DNA from: Antedon mediterranea
Taxonomy: Eukaryota > Animalia > Echinodermata
Assembly: GCF_964355755.1 (NCBI RefSeq)
Contig: NC_092673.1
Coordinates: forward strand, 22,689,648 to 22,753,647
Reading direction: 5' to 3'
DNA: 64,000 nt
In this document: positions 13,754 to 27,013 of the stretch, piece after piece
How positions within the stretch are numbered: position 1 is the stretch's first letter
Layout: the number at the start of each line of letters is the position of its first letter
Program-made: the position numbers and the translations under genes
The notes under the pieces: generated by a model
Told to the model about the DNA's origin: nothing
The model's input: only the letters and a program-made list of their open reading frames with translations
The model's database searches: none

Positions 13754-15571
13754 TTATGAGCAAAATATAACATAATTATTATAAATAACCAATACATTTA
13801 TATAAATACTAATTTGTTTTTTTAATCGAATGTACAGTTATACGACAATCATCTTCAGCCTCAGCATGTTTGAAAAGATTTAAGATGAGGTGAAGTATTT
13901 ATAATTTTTAAAATTATTTTAAAAAAGGGTCTTTAACAAAGTCGACAAAAAATACGAATTAAACTTACGACGATCCGCAAAAGGTTTGCCTTATGGATAA
14001 TATAACGACTACTAAACTGATGAAAATCAATAGCCTGAATATGTGTATTATCCTAAATTTTGACCTAAAATACAAATTATTAAAATAGGTAGTTTATTTA
14101 TTTAATCACTTCAAAATTTTAAACTCTGTTAAGGATATCAATATCTCTATATAAATTGATTAGAATAAATTAATATTATGATTCCATTATTGAAATTACA
14201 ATATAACCAGGGAAGAGTGAAAATAACTGAGAAGATAACAGAATATAATTTGATTGGAATATTTGAAAAGGCGATGATAAATCAATGTATCAAGATTAAT
14301 AAAAAAGGAATTAAAATTTTCAGTAAAATTCACCAATAAAGAAAACTAATCAGCACAAACCGACTTAATTTTGTATAATATAAGCATTATAAACGAGTCG
14401 CAATGATTAAATTTCAAGGACCACTCATTGCTATATTGTTATATTAACATTGATGACCGTAATTGGTGATCATACGGTATCATATTAAGAGGCACTCAAT
14501 ATAATTACACGGAATCATTTAGTTAATTAGTAGAATAATCTAATAATATCTATACACTTAATGATCTGATTCAATAAAACGAGTGCATAATCAAATTTGG
14601 ATTTGAATAATAGTTTTACACATCAACAGGCTGTAGCCAAGTATCTGTAACTATTGTAAAATATATTGTAAAGCAACGGCAGAGTAGAAAACGAAAGAAT
14701 TGAGTTGTTATTATTACCATGATTAGTATGATAATATAAATAAATAAAGATCATAAATATAAAAGTTAGGACTGGTTTGATTGTTCCCTCCTGTAAGTTG
14801 TGAACCTTGAGTTCACTGTCGGTTAAGTTCGAAAAATAAATAAATAGCATCAGTACAAATTTTATTCCCGTAGAATTCGTTCATATTATTTGAATCAACT
14901 TAAAGTACAATAAGCTTAATATTTTATTTTATTTGTATAAAGAACAAATACAAAACAAACATAAAAATAGGCAAGGAAAGACCCTTTCTAGTTGGTCAAT
15001 AAAAAACAGAAAAAAATTGGAAAAAAATTAATTACGACCTAAAATTACAAAAAGGAATTGACCAACTTAAACATTTTCACAATCAAATATAGGATAATTT
15101 TCAAAAATATGTAGTTAACCCCCTAAAACAACGTAGATAAAATTCAAATTTCACCGATATTTAGTATCGTTTAACTAGACTTTATAATAAACTATTAGGT
15201 TTGTATTTGTTTAGTTATTTTGTTTGCACACATTAGGCCTAACAAAACATTTTTTTCATTTCAAAACATGTACATAAAATAACAATAATTCAAATAATTT
15301 AAAAAAGTGTATGAAAAAATAAATAGAGAACGAATAGAAAAAATACAAAAATAAAGATTTCACAAACTGAAACAATTTCAACAAATAATTTTGCAAAATG
15401 ATGAAATAACAAGTACAGTAGTTAACCCCTTAAAACAACATCAATATATTTACTTACGCTGAAGAAAATAAAGAAGATGAAGATGGTGTCGATGGTGAAT
15501 AGCTTGTAAATACAAAAAATCTCACAAAGGCAGTATTGTGAATTCTATACAATGATAACCAAAGAAGAGTA

Positions 15572-16128
15572 ATTTCAGTCTTCTCTGATCTAACAATGTA
15601 GCTTTATGGTTTAATAACGGATGATGTGCGGGTTTTAAAATCTTAGTTATACGGGCCGATTTTAAAATAAAATACAGGACAGGACAGGACATGACATTCT
15701 ATTGGACCGTTTCTTGTTTCCCAAAAGTATAAATGTGTTGAAATGGCCTAACGAAACTCCAGTCTTCCCTGATCTAACAATATTGCTTTTTATGGTTATA
15801 ACGGATGATATGCGGGTTTTAAAAGCTTGGTTAGGCTATACGGGCCGATGTTAAAATAAAATATAACACAGGACAATGACATTCTATTGGTCCGTTTGTT
15901 GTTTCTAAAACCAAAAGTATAAAATGTGTTGAAATAGGCCTAACGAAAGTTCAGTCTTCCCTGATCTAACAATGTTGCTTTTTATGGTTATAACGGATGA
16001 TATGCGGGTTTTAAAAGCTTGGTTATACGGGCCGATGTTAAAATAAAATATAACACAGGACAATGACATTCTATTGGTCCGTTTGTTGTTTCTAAAACCA
16101 AAAGTATAAAATGTGTTGAAATAGGCCT
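15572..16128. repeat. ~190-bp tandem array, 3 units (4th unit displaced to 19992-20178)
   Basis: The unit ...cagtcttccctgatctaacaat...aaaatgtgttgaaataggcct is repeated three times. Confidence 0.92.
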
Positions 16129-17037
16129 CTGGGGCGGATCCAGACATTTTTGAGAGGGGGGGTCCGCCGATAAAAAGGGCACATCAGATATTGAGTATTT
16201 GAGCCACAGCCCCCCCATGGTGGGGGTTGTGGCGAAGCGAATTTTGTTACAGGACACACTTAGATGGCCGGAAATGGCACTCTCGCACGCAAAATCCATG
16301 ATAAATGGCACCTTTCTAGTTCGCCGGAAATGACACTTTATTAGCAGGGATAACGATGCAAAATTAAAAGTTGTTATTTTTCAACCAATTTAAACATTAT
16401 CTGTTGGTATTTTCTTTCAATATTCCAATAAAGAAAGAATTACGAAAATCTGACTTGTAGTTTTCGAAATATAGGGTCTAAAACATTGCCGAAAATGATC
16501 GTTTTTAGCCACGAACGTTGTAAACAAATTGCGCCATTTTTCGCTAAAATAATTACATATAATTACGTTTTATAGTAATTTCTTTTATATATCAACATTG
16601 GAAATATCAATAAAATATGTTATTAAATGTTTATAAAATATATAGAGTTGTTTATTTAACGGAGTTCGTACAAATTCATTGCTCTAAATTTGTGTAGTAC
16701 CGTTCAGTACAGAGTGATCACGTGACTTCTTGGTACACGTACGCGAGAGAAAACATTCCGCTGTGGGTGATTCGCGTCCACCAATCAAATAGCCAGAATC
16801 CAAAATCATTCAACCGGCCGTGAGCTCTGCCGATCGCGGGAAAGCTCAGCTTTGATTGGCTTACAATGACATCATATCACAAAATGGTGGTTTTGTAGTT
16901 GAGCCTCACGTAATTTTCACAAATAATTGTTTCAAAAATGAAATAAATGAACCTTCTTTATGGTATGTGTGATTTTTCTTTAAAAGATTTGAATAATAAA
17001 GGCTTGATATCGAGAAAAAAACATTTTTTTGCACTTA

Positions 17038-19282
17038 GGGTAAACTGGGGTAAGTGGTCCGGTGGGGTAGCCGGACCACTTTGCATTTAAACAGGATTAT
17101 ATCCCTCTATTGTAAAGCAGAGAACAAAATCAAATTTGCACAAACAAACAAATTTTGTTAGCTTTCGAATGAGGTATTGCATGCTGTGTTCCCGTTAAGA
17201 AAAATTGCTTAATTTTACCAAATATTGATTCTCAATTAGATTTTATTTCATCTAAAATCAATCCTTAGTATTTGTGGATTTGTGTGTTTTTAGTTCCTTT
17301 TATATTTGTACGATTTTAGCCTTATTTGTGGCCGATTCTAATAGTTTTTTCGTCCACTGTGTGCCAGGCGTGTGTAGGCTTGCTTGCTGTTTATTTTAAC
17401 AAGCCTAGGGGTAAGTTATATTTTCATAATTTTATTTTAAAATTAGGGTTAAGTTTCAAAATCACAGTTATTGACATTGTAAATGTTGTGTCTTCATATT
17501 AAGAGACAGATTTTATTTTGATAATTTAAATGTAAATAATCGTGATATTTAAAAAAAAAATAGTTTCCACACATTTTAATATAAATATAACAAAATATAA
17601 ATGCAATCCCTTAAGATTTAATGTTAATATTTTTTCAAATTTTATGTCATATTTTGGTGGTAATTTATACATTTTCCGGCGCCATCTTGGATTAGGATTA
17701 TTTTAGTGGAGTAATTTTTAATTTTGTTTTTATTTTAGTTAAAAACATAAATTTAAACAGCCATGTATCTATTTGTATTCTAGATACGTATTTTTAACAT
17801 AAAATTGTTTTGAAAATGATTTCAGATATTTTTTCAGTTATTTAATTGTATTTTAAATAAGGCGTCCCAGTTACCCCACGTTAGTGGGGTAGGTGGACCA
17901 GTATTCAATTCTTATATGTGTATACATTTTCTATGTTTTTTCTTGAACACCAAGTGTTTTATCACTACAACAGTAGTTTACCTGGACACATTTTAATGGA
18001 ATATAATTTGTTTTGGTTCTTAAAGTAATGTTTGGTAATTGAAAGTCAGTTTTTATTATCATAATATTACTTTTCATATTGATATTTCTTAATAATAGTA
18101 TTTTTCAATTTTATCTATAGTAATGGCAAGGGAAAAAAAAGTTGGACTCCAATGCTTGGAAAATGGAACAAGCAATCTATGCAGGAAGCGTATGAAGCAG
18201 TGAAGGCTGGCAGTTTGTCTTTGAGGGCTGCAGCAAAGCAGTATGGCGTTCCGAAAACAACATTGCAAAGATGTTTATCGGGTAAAGTGGATGTCACTTC
18301 TTCTGCATCAAGAGCAACTGTATTAACTGCAAGTGAAGAAACAGAACTAAAAAATTACATTCTACATATGGAAAGTGTTGGCTTTGGATTGACTTTAGAT
18401 GATGTGTGCCGGTTAGCTTATCAGATGATGGAATTAACTGGACGACCCTCTCCGTTCAATAAATTAAAACAAAAGGCTGGATATGATTGGTTCTGTTGGT
18501 ATCGTGAGCGCCATCCAGACCTTTCTTTGAGAAAATCAGAAGGTTTGTCTGCCGCAAGAGCATATTATGCTTAATCCAACAGTAATGCGCAGGCATTTTG
18601 ACAAGCTGAATGAATTAATGGATACCTTGGATTTGAAGAACAAGCCATCACAGATATATAACGCCGATGAAACTGGACTTAGTTTGGTGCTAGTTTGGTG
18701 AACAATCTATCAAAGATTGTCAGTAAAAATTTTATTGGGACGATAATGAAGAAGATAATGATTGGTGGTAATGTATTGGAGGTTGTGGTTTATGGTTTCA
18801 TGAATCTTGTACTGGGTTGTATGGAAAAAATAAAGAACTTGCTGCGTATGTTTGTAATGTATGTCGAAATTAGGAAAAATTGTGGAATCGGCCAAAATAA
18901 TGTCGATCAAATGAATAATTTGAGTTCATCAATTGTGGGTTTGAGCACATATTAAAGTTAAACAATTGAAGTACTGATTAAAAGGTTCTTAAGTGACCAC
19001 CAGACCTCTAAAATGTTGTATATAGTGTGTTTTATTATGGTTTACATTGAAAGTTAAAGCCGGTCCACTTACCCCAACTTGATGGGGCAAGTGGACCGAT
19101 GACACACCCATAGTTACCTAACACCCCTCCCATAATGCATTACTCTATGAAAATTTTTTTTTGCTAATAATGTGCTAGGGTACCTGTTCTTGAATTGTGA
19201 GTAATTTTAAACATTTCCAGCTTAAATTATGGACATTCTGAATGAATAAATGCTTAAGTGTCCCACTTACCCCAGTTTACCC
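17038..19282 (+). mobile_element. pogo/Tigger-family (Tc1/mariner superfamily) transposon, internally deleted
   Basis: Perfect 20-bp TIRs gggtaaactggggtaagtgg (17038-17057) and ccacttaccccagtttaccc (19263-19282), with a TA TSD (17036-37, 19283-84). TIR-like motifs recur internally at ~17861-17900 and ~19060-19100, and a transposase remnant lies inside. Confidence 0.92.
18123..18873 (+). pseudogene. Disrupted pogo-like transposase (psq-type HTH, CENP-B HTH, start of DDE domain, C-terminal PHD-like finger)
   Basis: Contains SLRAAAKQYGVPKTTLQR and AGYDWFCWYRERHPDLSLRKSEGLS, then a frameshift near 18565, then ...KPSQIYNADETGLSLV (first catalytic Asp). The rest of the DDE domain is missing. A Cys/His motif C..C..WFHESC...YVCNVC* with in-frame stops follows. 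Confidence 0.88.
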
Positions 19283-19991
19283 TATAATAAATATTTCTCA
19301 AAGAAAAAAGCACATGGCTTGTAGAACTATATTATCTTGGCGTAGGAAGTCAAACAAATCCCAGGTCATGAGAGGCTCAACTACAAGAACAAAGTTGAAT
19401 AGTGTAGGATGACCGTTCGATGATTTTTGAGTAAACAATCTACCGCGTATGGTCGTACGCGCTAGATAGTACGATATTTTAAATACATTTTTTACATGTT
19501 TGGTTGGATGTAATGGAAATAAAAAATAGTTGATCTGATGGAATGATATGTAAATAAACAAATACTCAAAAGAATTATGTTTACAGTTCAATTATTTTCA
19601 GAATAATAATACATCAAAATGTGTTTACCAATGGACAAATAATCACGTCAATGACATAGCGCGCATGGTAACGTACGCGGAGTTGAATCGTAAAAAGTTT
19701 ACATGCGCCCTCTGTAGTATGTGAAACGATCTATTTTTAGAAGTTTAAGTAGAGATCATCACGCGTCACCACCTCTCACGATGCTCTTTGATCGGCCGCC
19801 GTAACTTAACATCGCGCTCATTGTGATAAATTTCTGTTTTTATTTTTGGGGTTAGTGTAGCCTACTCTGTGCATACTAATATACACACAAATATGTCACA
19901 CGAATAAAATATTGAACCTCTAAAAAAAGGGCACCCTTAAAATTTAGGGGGGGTCCGGACCCCGTGGACCCCCCCTCTGGATCCGCCCCAG

Positions 19992-20178
19992 CGGCCTAAC
20001 GAAAGTTCAGTCTTCCCTGATCTAACAATGTTGCTTTTTATGGTTATAACGGATGATGTGCGGGTTTTAAAAGCTTGATTATACGGGTCGATGTTAAAAT
20101 AAAATATAACACAGGAAAATGACATTCTATTGGTCCGTTTCTTGTTTCTAAAACCAAAAGTATAAAATGTGTTGAAAT
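19992..20178. repeat. Fourth unit of the 190-bp array
   Basis: The same unit as at 15939-16128, resuming right after the transposon TIR. Confidence 0.9.
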
Positions 20179-21342
20179 AACCAAAAGCGCACAAAAGCGT
20201 AAACATAAACAAAACAAGGATTAATTCTAATAAGAATTTCCTAGATACGGTTTTTATTTAATTAGAAACATAGCACTGCAAATATGAATAAGAATAAAAA
20301 AAACATTTGAGTATATTAAATTTGTTAACATATTTCGATTATAAATTGAAACAATTTAATTGCCAGGTCAATCAAAAGTATACTGTACATAATTTTATAA
20401 CTTCGTATGCTCAACAAGGTTAAAACGATTAAACAGTTGAAGACGTACAATGTATTATCATTATGTATCACATAAACAAAGTATCACCCTTCAATGCATT
20501 TTTCTTAATTCAGACATTTTCTTTCGGAGTGATTGACTCGCAATGAAAAGAATACATTTGAACGACGAGTAGGATCTCAATCTATCTATTAAACGTAATA
20601 CAATGTTAGGCCTATATAACATAAATAAAAAAATATATAATGTAAAATAATATGATGAAATGTAATTCATAATAATATTTCAGACAGTAGAAACCCTATT
20701 AAGAGCACACCCCTGTTACGGGACATCTTCCTGTGTAATGAGCGATTTTTATTTATTTATTTATTTTCAACAATATTTTACGAGGGTGGTCCATCCAATA
20801 TAATAATTTGCAGTCAGTATGTGACGCTTAACCATATTTGACCATGGTTCTTATTTTATCATGGTATAAGGGACTATCACATTAACATCAAACCACATAA
20901 AATATATAATTTAGATAATAAAAATAAAAACATGATATTCTCATATTTCAACGCAGACAAAACGATGCATTTACATCGCTTATGTATGTTAAAAATAGAC
21001 ACCAAGCTTGTTCTGTATGCGCTTTGCATGTTTTTGAGGGTAGGCGTCGTTTATAACAAGGACGTGAACTTTTAATGTAACAATGCATGTCTTGTACAAA
21101 TTCAAATTAAACAACTTTTTATTGTTTAACAAAGTACAAACATAGTATTGGCCAATAAAAAATATACCCACAAAAGTACCATGAATAAAGAATACAACGA
21201 CCCTCCTCATTTTTGTCTCAGTCAAGTATAACTAATAAAAAAAACACATTTGTAATTTATTATTAATATCAAATAAAATTCAACTGCAACATAGCTAGCC
21301 GATTGAATGAACAAAGTAAACAGAATGTAATGGTTATATAGA

Positions 21343-21721
21343 TTTACTGCAACATAACTAGCGGATTCTCGTACAGTATCATGTCTAGCGACAATAAACA
21401 TCCTGCAGTATCCTGTCTGGTGACAGTAACAGACCCATACCATAACAACAAACTTCTAAGTATTAACTTAACTAAACCCTAAATAATGTATCTCTATGAA
21501 AAAAGCAAAAAGAATATAAAGGTTATATATATTTATTGCAACATAACTAGCGGATTCTCGTACAGTATCATGTCTAGTGACAATAAACATCACGCAGTAT
21601 CCTGTCTGCTTACAGTAACTGGCCCATACCATAACAACAAATTCTTAAGTATTAACTAAACTCTATAAATAACTTTGCTCACTATATGAAAAAAGTGAAA
21701 ATAATATAAGGGTCATAGATT
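21343..21721. repeat. ~190-bp tandem duplication (2 copies, plus a partial copy at ~21283)
   Basis: tgcaacataactagcggattctcgtacagtatcatgtctag recurs at ~21348 and ~21537. Confidence 0.88.
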
Positions 21722-21931
21722 TCCTTCTGATAGGTAATTCACCGTTTGGAGTTTTAAATATGAAAACTATCAAAAATAAGTGGTTTGGACATCATTGTGA
21801 AAGTGGTAGGCCTATACTGTATTGGATTTGATAGGTAGACAAATATTGATGGAGAAAGTTGAATTGAAGACGGTGGATTAGTCGAACTGTCGCTTGTCAT
21901 TGGTCAACTCGCTTGCGTTGCGTCTAGTTTA

Positions 21932-22090
21932 AGCTTGGTTCCCACTAGGACACAACGCAAGGACGTAAACGCAACGCAAGCGTGTTGACCAATGACAAGC
22001 GATAGGTTTGAGTAATCCATCGCTTGTGATTGGTCAACTCACTTACGTTGCGTCTACGTCCTTGCGTTGCGTCCTAGTGGGAACCAAGCT
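21932..22090. mobile_element. Palindromic PIF/Harbinger-like MITE, same family
   Basis: TTA|agcttggttcccactagg ... cctagtgggaaccaagct|TTA, an almost fully palindromic 159-bp element. Family fragments flank it at 21882-21927 and 22094-22118. Confidence 0.85.
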
Positions 22091-25000
22091 TTAGTGGGAA
22101 CCAAGCTAAAGTGGGAACTATGCGTTAAACGTCGTCATTTCACAGTAAACAATCATGTTTAATGTTGATAAATAATTTAAAATAGCTAACACGAGTACGC
22201 TTACATTTAATAATAACAGAAAACAAAGGGTATTGGCGTATTATCATCAGCACTACATAAATCGATTATGAAAACGAACGCAATAATCGTGTGACCCTTT
22301 AAAAGTATGCATCTGATTTTGTAACCTGTGGCGTTATTACATGCTATAATTTCCTTCAAACTGAATGCATATTTAGTCATTAAACCGTTTGCAATTTGTT
22401 TTACGTGTACCTCAACCTATCTATTCCAGATTCAAAACATCAAAATGTCTTTAGGCACAACATGTTTCCATTAACTTCCTGTTCGTGAAGTGATGGTAAA
22501 GCATTAGCGCGTGGAAAATGCGTTTTTGAAGGAGGAGTTGTTTGGTAAAACGCGCTGTTCCAAAAATTATCGCCCTAATTAAACAAAATTGATGGGTATA
22601 ATGTGTATTTCGTGTTTGATGCGATTTATTGGAAAACGCAAACCACCTAACATGTTTTGTTTATTCATATACAATCACCGTCTTCAATTCATTTTTTATA
22701 AACTATGTTTTCTCATCAGATTGTAGAATGGAGGTTGTTGAACATCGCTACATACAGATCTCCACATACGACAATATTTGCCCAGTATAACAGCAGTATT
22801 CAGAATAAAGCATCTTATGTGTATCACATCTGGTGCTATGAATTGTTTAAGAGTTATTATCTTTGATACAGGTGCATGTGAAACAAATGTGATGCTGTAT
22901 TGACGAATTTTCCATGAAACTGGAGTGTGGAATAACCTTATTAGGCCTACAAGTATAATTAAAAGACATAGGGCCTAATGGAGTTAGTCAGTCCTGTTAT
23001 AGCATCGCTATGGGAAGATTGAAGTAATGTTTCATACCTTTAAGTGGCAACTTTCGTTGCTGTTGGTTATGATATAATAAAATAGAAATTAAAGCCGAAT
23101 ATGAAGTTTTGTTATTCATGACTTAAAAACATAATTCTAACAAATATATACAAATGACAAAATACAATGACTACTAAATCCTTTGTACAGTGATTTAAAA
23201 TCATTACAGAGAAACAATTGCTGTTTTGTTTACGGAATAGTTGCACACTAATATCAAGATATTAAAATATAACTTTATATCAGACAAATTTAAGAAAATT
23301 ATCAAAATCCATTGAAAATCAAACCAATTGACCGAATTCAATGTCAAAATTGTACACATTTTGATAAGTTTATTATTAACACGAGGTACGTATTACCAAG
23401 TCTTTTATTCGTGAAGCGTTTTTGAGTTTTATTTTTATTAAAACCAATTCTAGAAATAAGTTTCCTAATGAAAATTAAATTGAAAAGGACACGTAATATG
23501 TATAACTCGTAATAGCCTTATAAGCGTTATGTCATTTGCAACTTCCAATCAAATAATAATATGAACACATAACACATGGATAACAATACAAACACGAGTA
23601 GTTCTACAAAAGAACAAAACCTATAAGTCGTACGTTTAATCTTACACAAAGATTATGAAAACGTCTACCAGCCTTAGTGTGAATTACAAAACTCTTTAAT
23701 CGGCATTTTAAAACCTTGCAAAATTATATAGATTTTACTAGACCTATCTGTCGTATGAACACATTTTTATGTAACGTAGCCTACAGGTACATAAAACTAC
23801 GAAACAAAGGAAAGCAGAGAGAACGGGTCCTGACCCGTAAAAATCATAAAATTGAATCACTTTATGTTGTTATCGCTGAAAGATTGACGGGTTGTTATGA
23901 AATATTAAATACATGAAATAATTTTTTGTGCTTTTTGGTTATTTTTCTCAAGTTAATTTGCTGCACAATGCAAGCAGAATTCTGCTGTAGAAAACATGTT
24001 GTTGGGGAGTTATTATTAGGCCAGGGAGCCGTTTGTTCTGTTGCTAGTTTAGGACAGGATTGCTGAATAGGCCTCGGAGCTATTTGTTCTGTTGCTAAAA
24101 TAGACCAGGGTTGCTGTTAGGCTTGGAGTCAAACAAAATAAAATTGAGAATTGAAATAAAGAAAATCATAGATAAACTGAGGCAAACATATAATCATTTA
24201 TAATCAATCAATTCATATACAAATAAACAAAATATCACAATATAGAACGTATTATAAGGAAACTTATAGGAATATGGAAATATTGTTACCTAATCGAATA
24301 TGAAATTCCTAGCTTGATAGTACACGCTTGTACGGTCGAATGAAGTGTATACATAACCTAGAAAGAATACCTACCCTACCAACCCCTTGTTTCAAAATCT
24401 CCGCTACTGTGAACACCCAACCGTGTAAAAACTAACATTATACACAGGCTCTCGGTTTCGCATGCCCATGAGAACAAAGTTGAAATGTCATTGTTTTACA
24501 TAAGAGAATAAAAAGATGAAACATCCTAATAGTAATAATAATGAAGTTTCTAATCTGATAATGGATTAAGGAATAGTTGAAATTCAACTCAGTTATTTCG
24601 TTAGTGTACTGTAGGCCTATAGTTCTGCAATGTAAGTCACTGTTTTTTACATAAAATATGTATGTTGCGTTGGATTTTTAGTTAAGATAACACACGGACT
24701 CAAACGGTTCGTCGACGTCGTTGGGTATGTCAATTTTAAATGTGTATTCAATATTAATCGAATGTCTACTTTTGAACGACAAACTATTGGAGCCCTTTTA
24801 TGTTGTTATTTTTATTTGAAGCAAAGAAAAAATAAAAAAAGGCCTAAATCACAGCCGATTCTTGGTATTGTTTCTATATGTATCTCAGTTACCTATTCCT
24901 TAACCTAGGCCTCAAGCTGAGTGCTGAGAGTCGATCTGTCTTATCTCAATTCACCAGGGTATTTCTGCAGGATAGTTTGTCCTATAATCACTAGATTTTC

Positions 25001-26569
25001 ATTATAATATCAATAATTTATAATAGCACATTCATTTGGGGTCAAATATCTTCACGGAGGAAAGACAATCCTTCATTATTATCTCCTTTATAATATAACA
25101 CTACCATGATCTAACAATGGCGATAATGTTGAAGAAGATCTCGAAAAAGCTTTTAAAATATATACACGTCACAGATAATCTATTCACCACATAAAGGCTA
25201 ATTTACACAGACGAGCGTTAACGGTAAGCGGGAAACAAAAATATAGAATCTATGTTATGTCTTGATGACACAAAACGCGAAACGGATAGGCGGTTGAGTG
25301 GAAACTCGCTCAGGATAGACAGTGTGTAGTGTGGGACAAGTACGCGGTTTTCCGCTTATTGTTACCGTAACGCTCGTCTGTGTATATTGGTGTTTAAAGC
25401 GAAAACTCGGACGGATTTTTAATTTCTTCTTGTTCATAAATCAAAAACACATCAACACATGGTATTTCTGTCAACATTTAGCCTGGCGCTTCTAAATTAA
25501 GTTGTGTAATTTCCATGTAGACAGTGTTATGATTCAAAGTCTGATTTAATTCTAATATATTCGGTAATGTGTTAAACTAAGGCGATATATTAGATTAACA
25601 TTGCTGCTAGGATTTTATACAACACATTGCGTTGCTAATAATATTAACCCAATTAGCCAATCATCTGTAACGAACGAATTACGTTTGATTTAGCCTGTAT
25701 TCGAGAAATATGGAATTGATAATATTGCTATCTATAATGATAGTATTATTTATATGGGTTGGTTACATCGTCAAAGACAATGGAATCGGTGCGTCAACAT
25801 GCAAACAATTTTATGAAAATTGGTTTCAAAGTTGGTAGGCCTAATATTATGGAGCCAGAATGTTATTCACATTCCCTTATTAAAGTAATGTAAAACTGTT
25901 GTTGGTTTCTACTGAATCGGTTGTGGGCTAAATGGTGCTACATTATGCGTATGATGGTAGGTCTACTATAGGATGGTAGACTACAGCATTAAACGTTGTA
26001 CCTAGGCCCTATTTATATTGTAATCGTAAACAAATATGAATTATTAATGAGTTGAAATAGTGACTTGCTAAATAGAACAGACAGACTTTCAACGAATTAA
26101 AATATTTTCACGTTCAACGAATACAAAACATTTGTTTTTTTAACACATACTGTAATGATTTATTCATTTAATTTACTTCAATCTTGAATCAATGTCGGAT
26201 GCTTCATTCAAAAATATAAAATTGTTTTCATAAAATGTCAATATAAACAAATTATTGAATTGAATTATAGAAATAGATAATTCTTCAAATTCTCCAACTG
26301 TGTCAAAATTATGTTTATAATTTTATTCTTTATTTGATTTAATAAAAATATAACCAATACGTTTTAAATATATTTTATGTATTACAATTACTTATACAAA
26401 TATCAAATCTACAATATATTTATTTACTAAATTGTTAACGGTTAGACCTAGAAATAAATGTAAACACATAAGAGATACACTACACATTTTGGAATCGAAT
26501 CATTAGTGAGTATACGTATAGCCTAATTAGTAACAAAATACAAACATGTATACTGCAGGTATGACACAT

Positions 26570-26800
26570 GTATGACCACGCCCCTTGTGATGGCTTTATC
26601 TAACTTAACCGTCCAATAACGAGTTAATTCGTTGGTACAATCATTTTAATTGGCTGCCGCGTTAGCAACCACCTGTCAAAAGATTTACACTGAGCATGCG
26701 TACATTGCGATCGATGACGAAGCTGAAAGAAAAAGTCGCGCTTCACATCTGCTTTCGAAAACGAGGGCGGGGAGAGATACACAGTGCAGGCAAACGGTAA
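26570..26800 (+). promoter_or_regulatory. Probable Gfi proximal promoter and possible short non-coding exon
   Basis: A locally GC/CpG-richer patch with CCACGCCCC (26576), CCAAT (26613), ATTGG (26649), E-box CACCTG (26670) and GC box GGGCGGGG (26765). There is a possible donor CG|gtaact at 26797 and a possible acceptor tgtgcag| at 27011, just before the ATG. Confidence 0.6.
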
Positions 26801-27013
26801 CTTAGCTTTTTGAAAGCATTCAAGCTCGTGTTCTTTTGAAAATCAAACTTATACTCATTTGCATAATCTCATCTTGATGTATATAAACGATAAATCTAAG
26901 AGTTGGCCTACACAATCTCTTCGGAGTTTACTAGAACAGCTAGAACCTAATTTTTGAAACAATTGTGTTATTATCATTATCATTTCGTGTTTCGAGTATC
27001 TTACTGTGCAGAA

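Larger units (their letters stand above)
16129..19991. mobile_element. Non-autonomous TIR DNA transposon (hAT-like termini) carrying nested insertions
   Basis: Perfect 16-bp TIRs ctggggcggatccaga (16129-16144) and tctggatccgccccag (19976-19991), flanked by aggcct and cggcct (5-6 bp TSD). It interrupts a 190-bp tandem array that resumes at 19992. Confidence 0.85.

Noticed and set aside
18695-18955. 86-aa ORF annotated inside the pogo
   Set aside because: It is in the wrong frame; the meaningful PHD-like sequence is in another frame that contains stops.
1-26500. Search for EVI5 exons upstream of Gfi (the vertebrate upstream neighbour)
   Set aside because: I could not recognise any TBC-domain or coiled-coil exon by eye.
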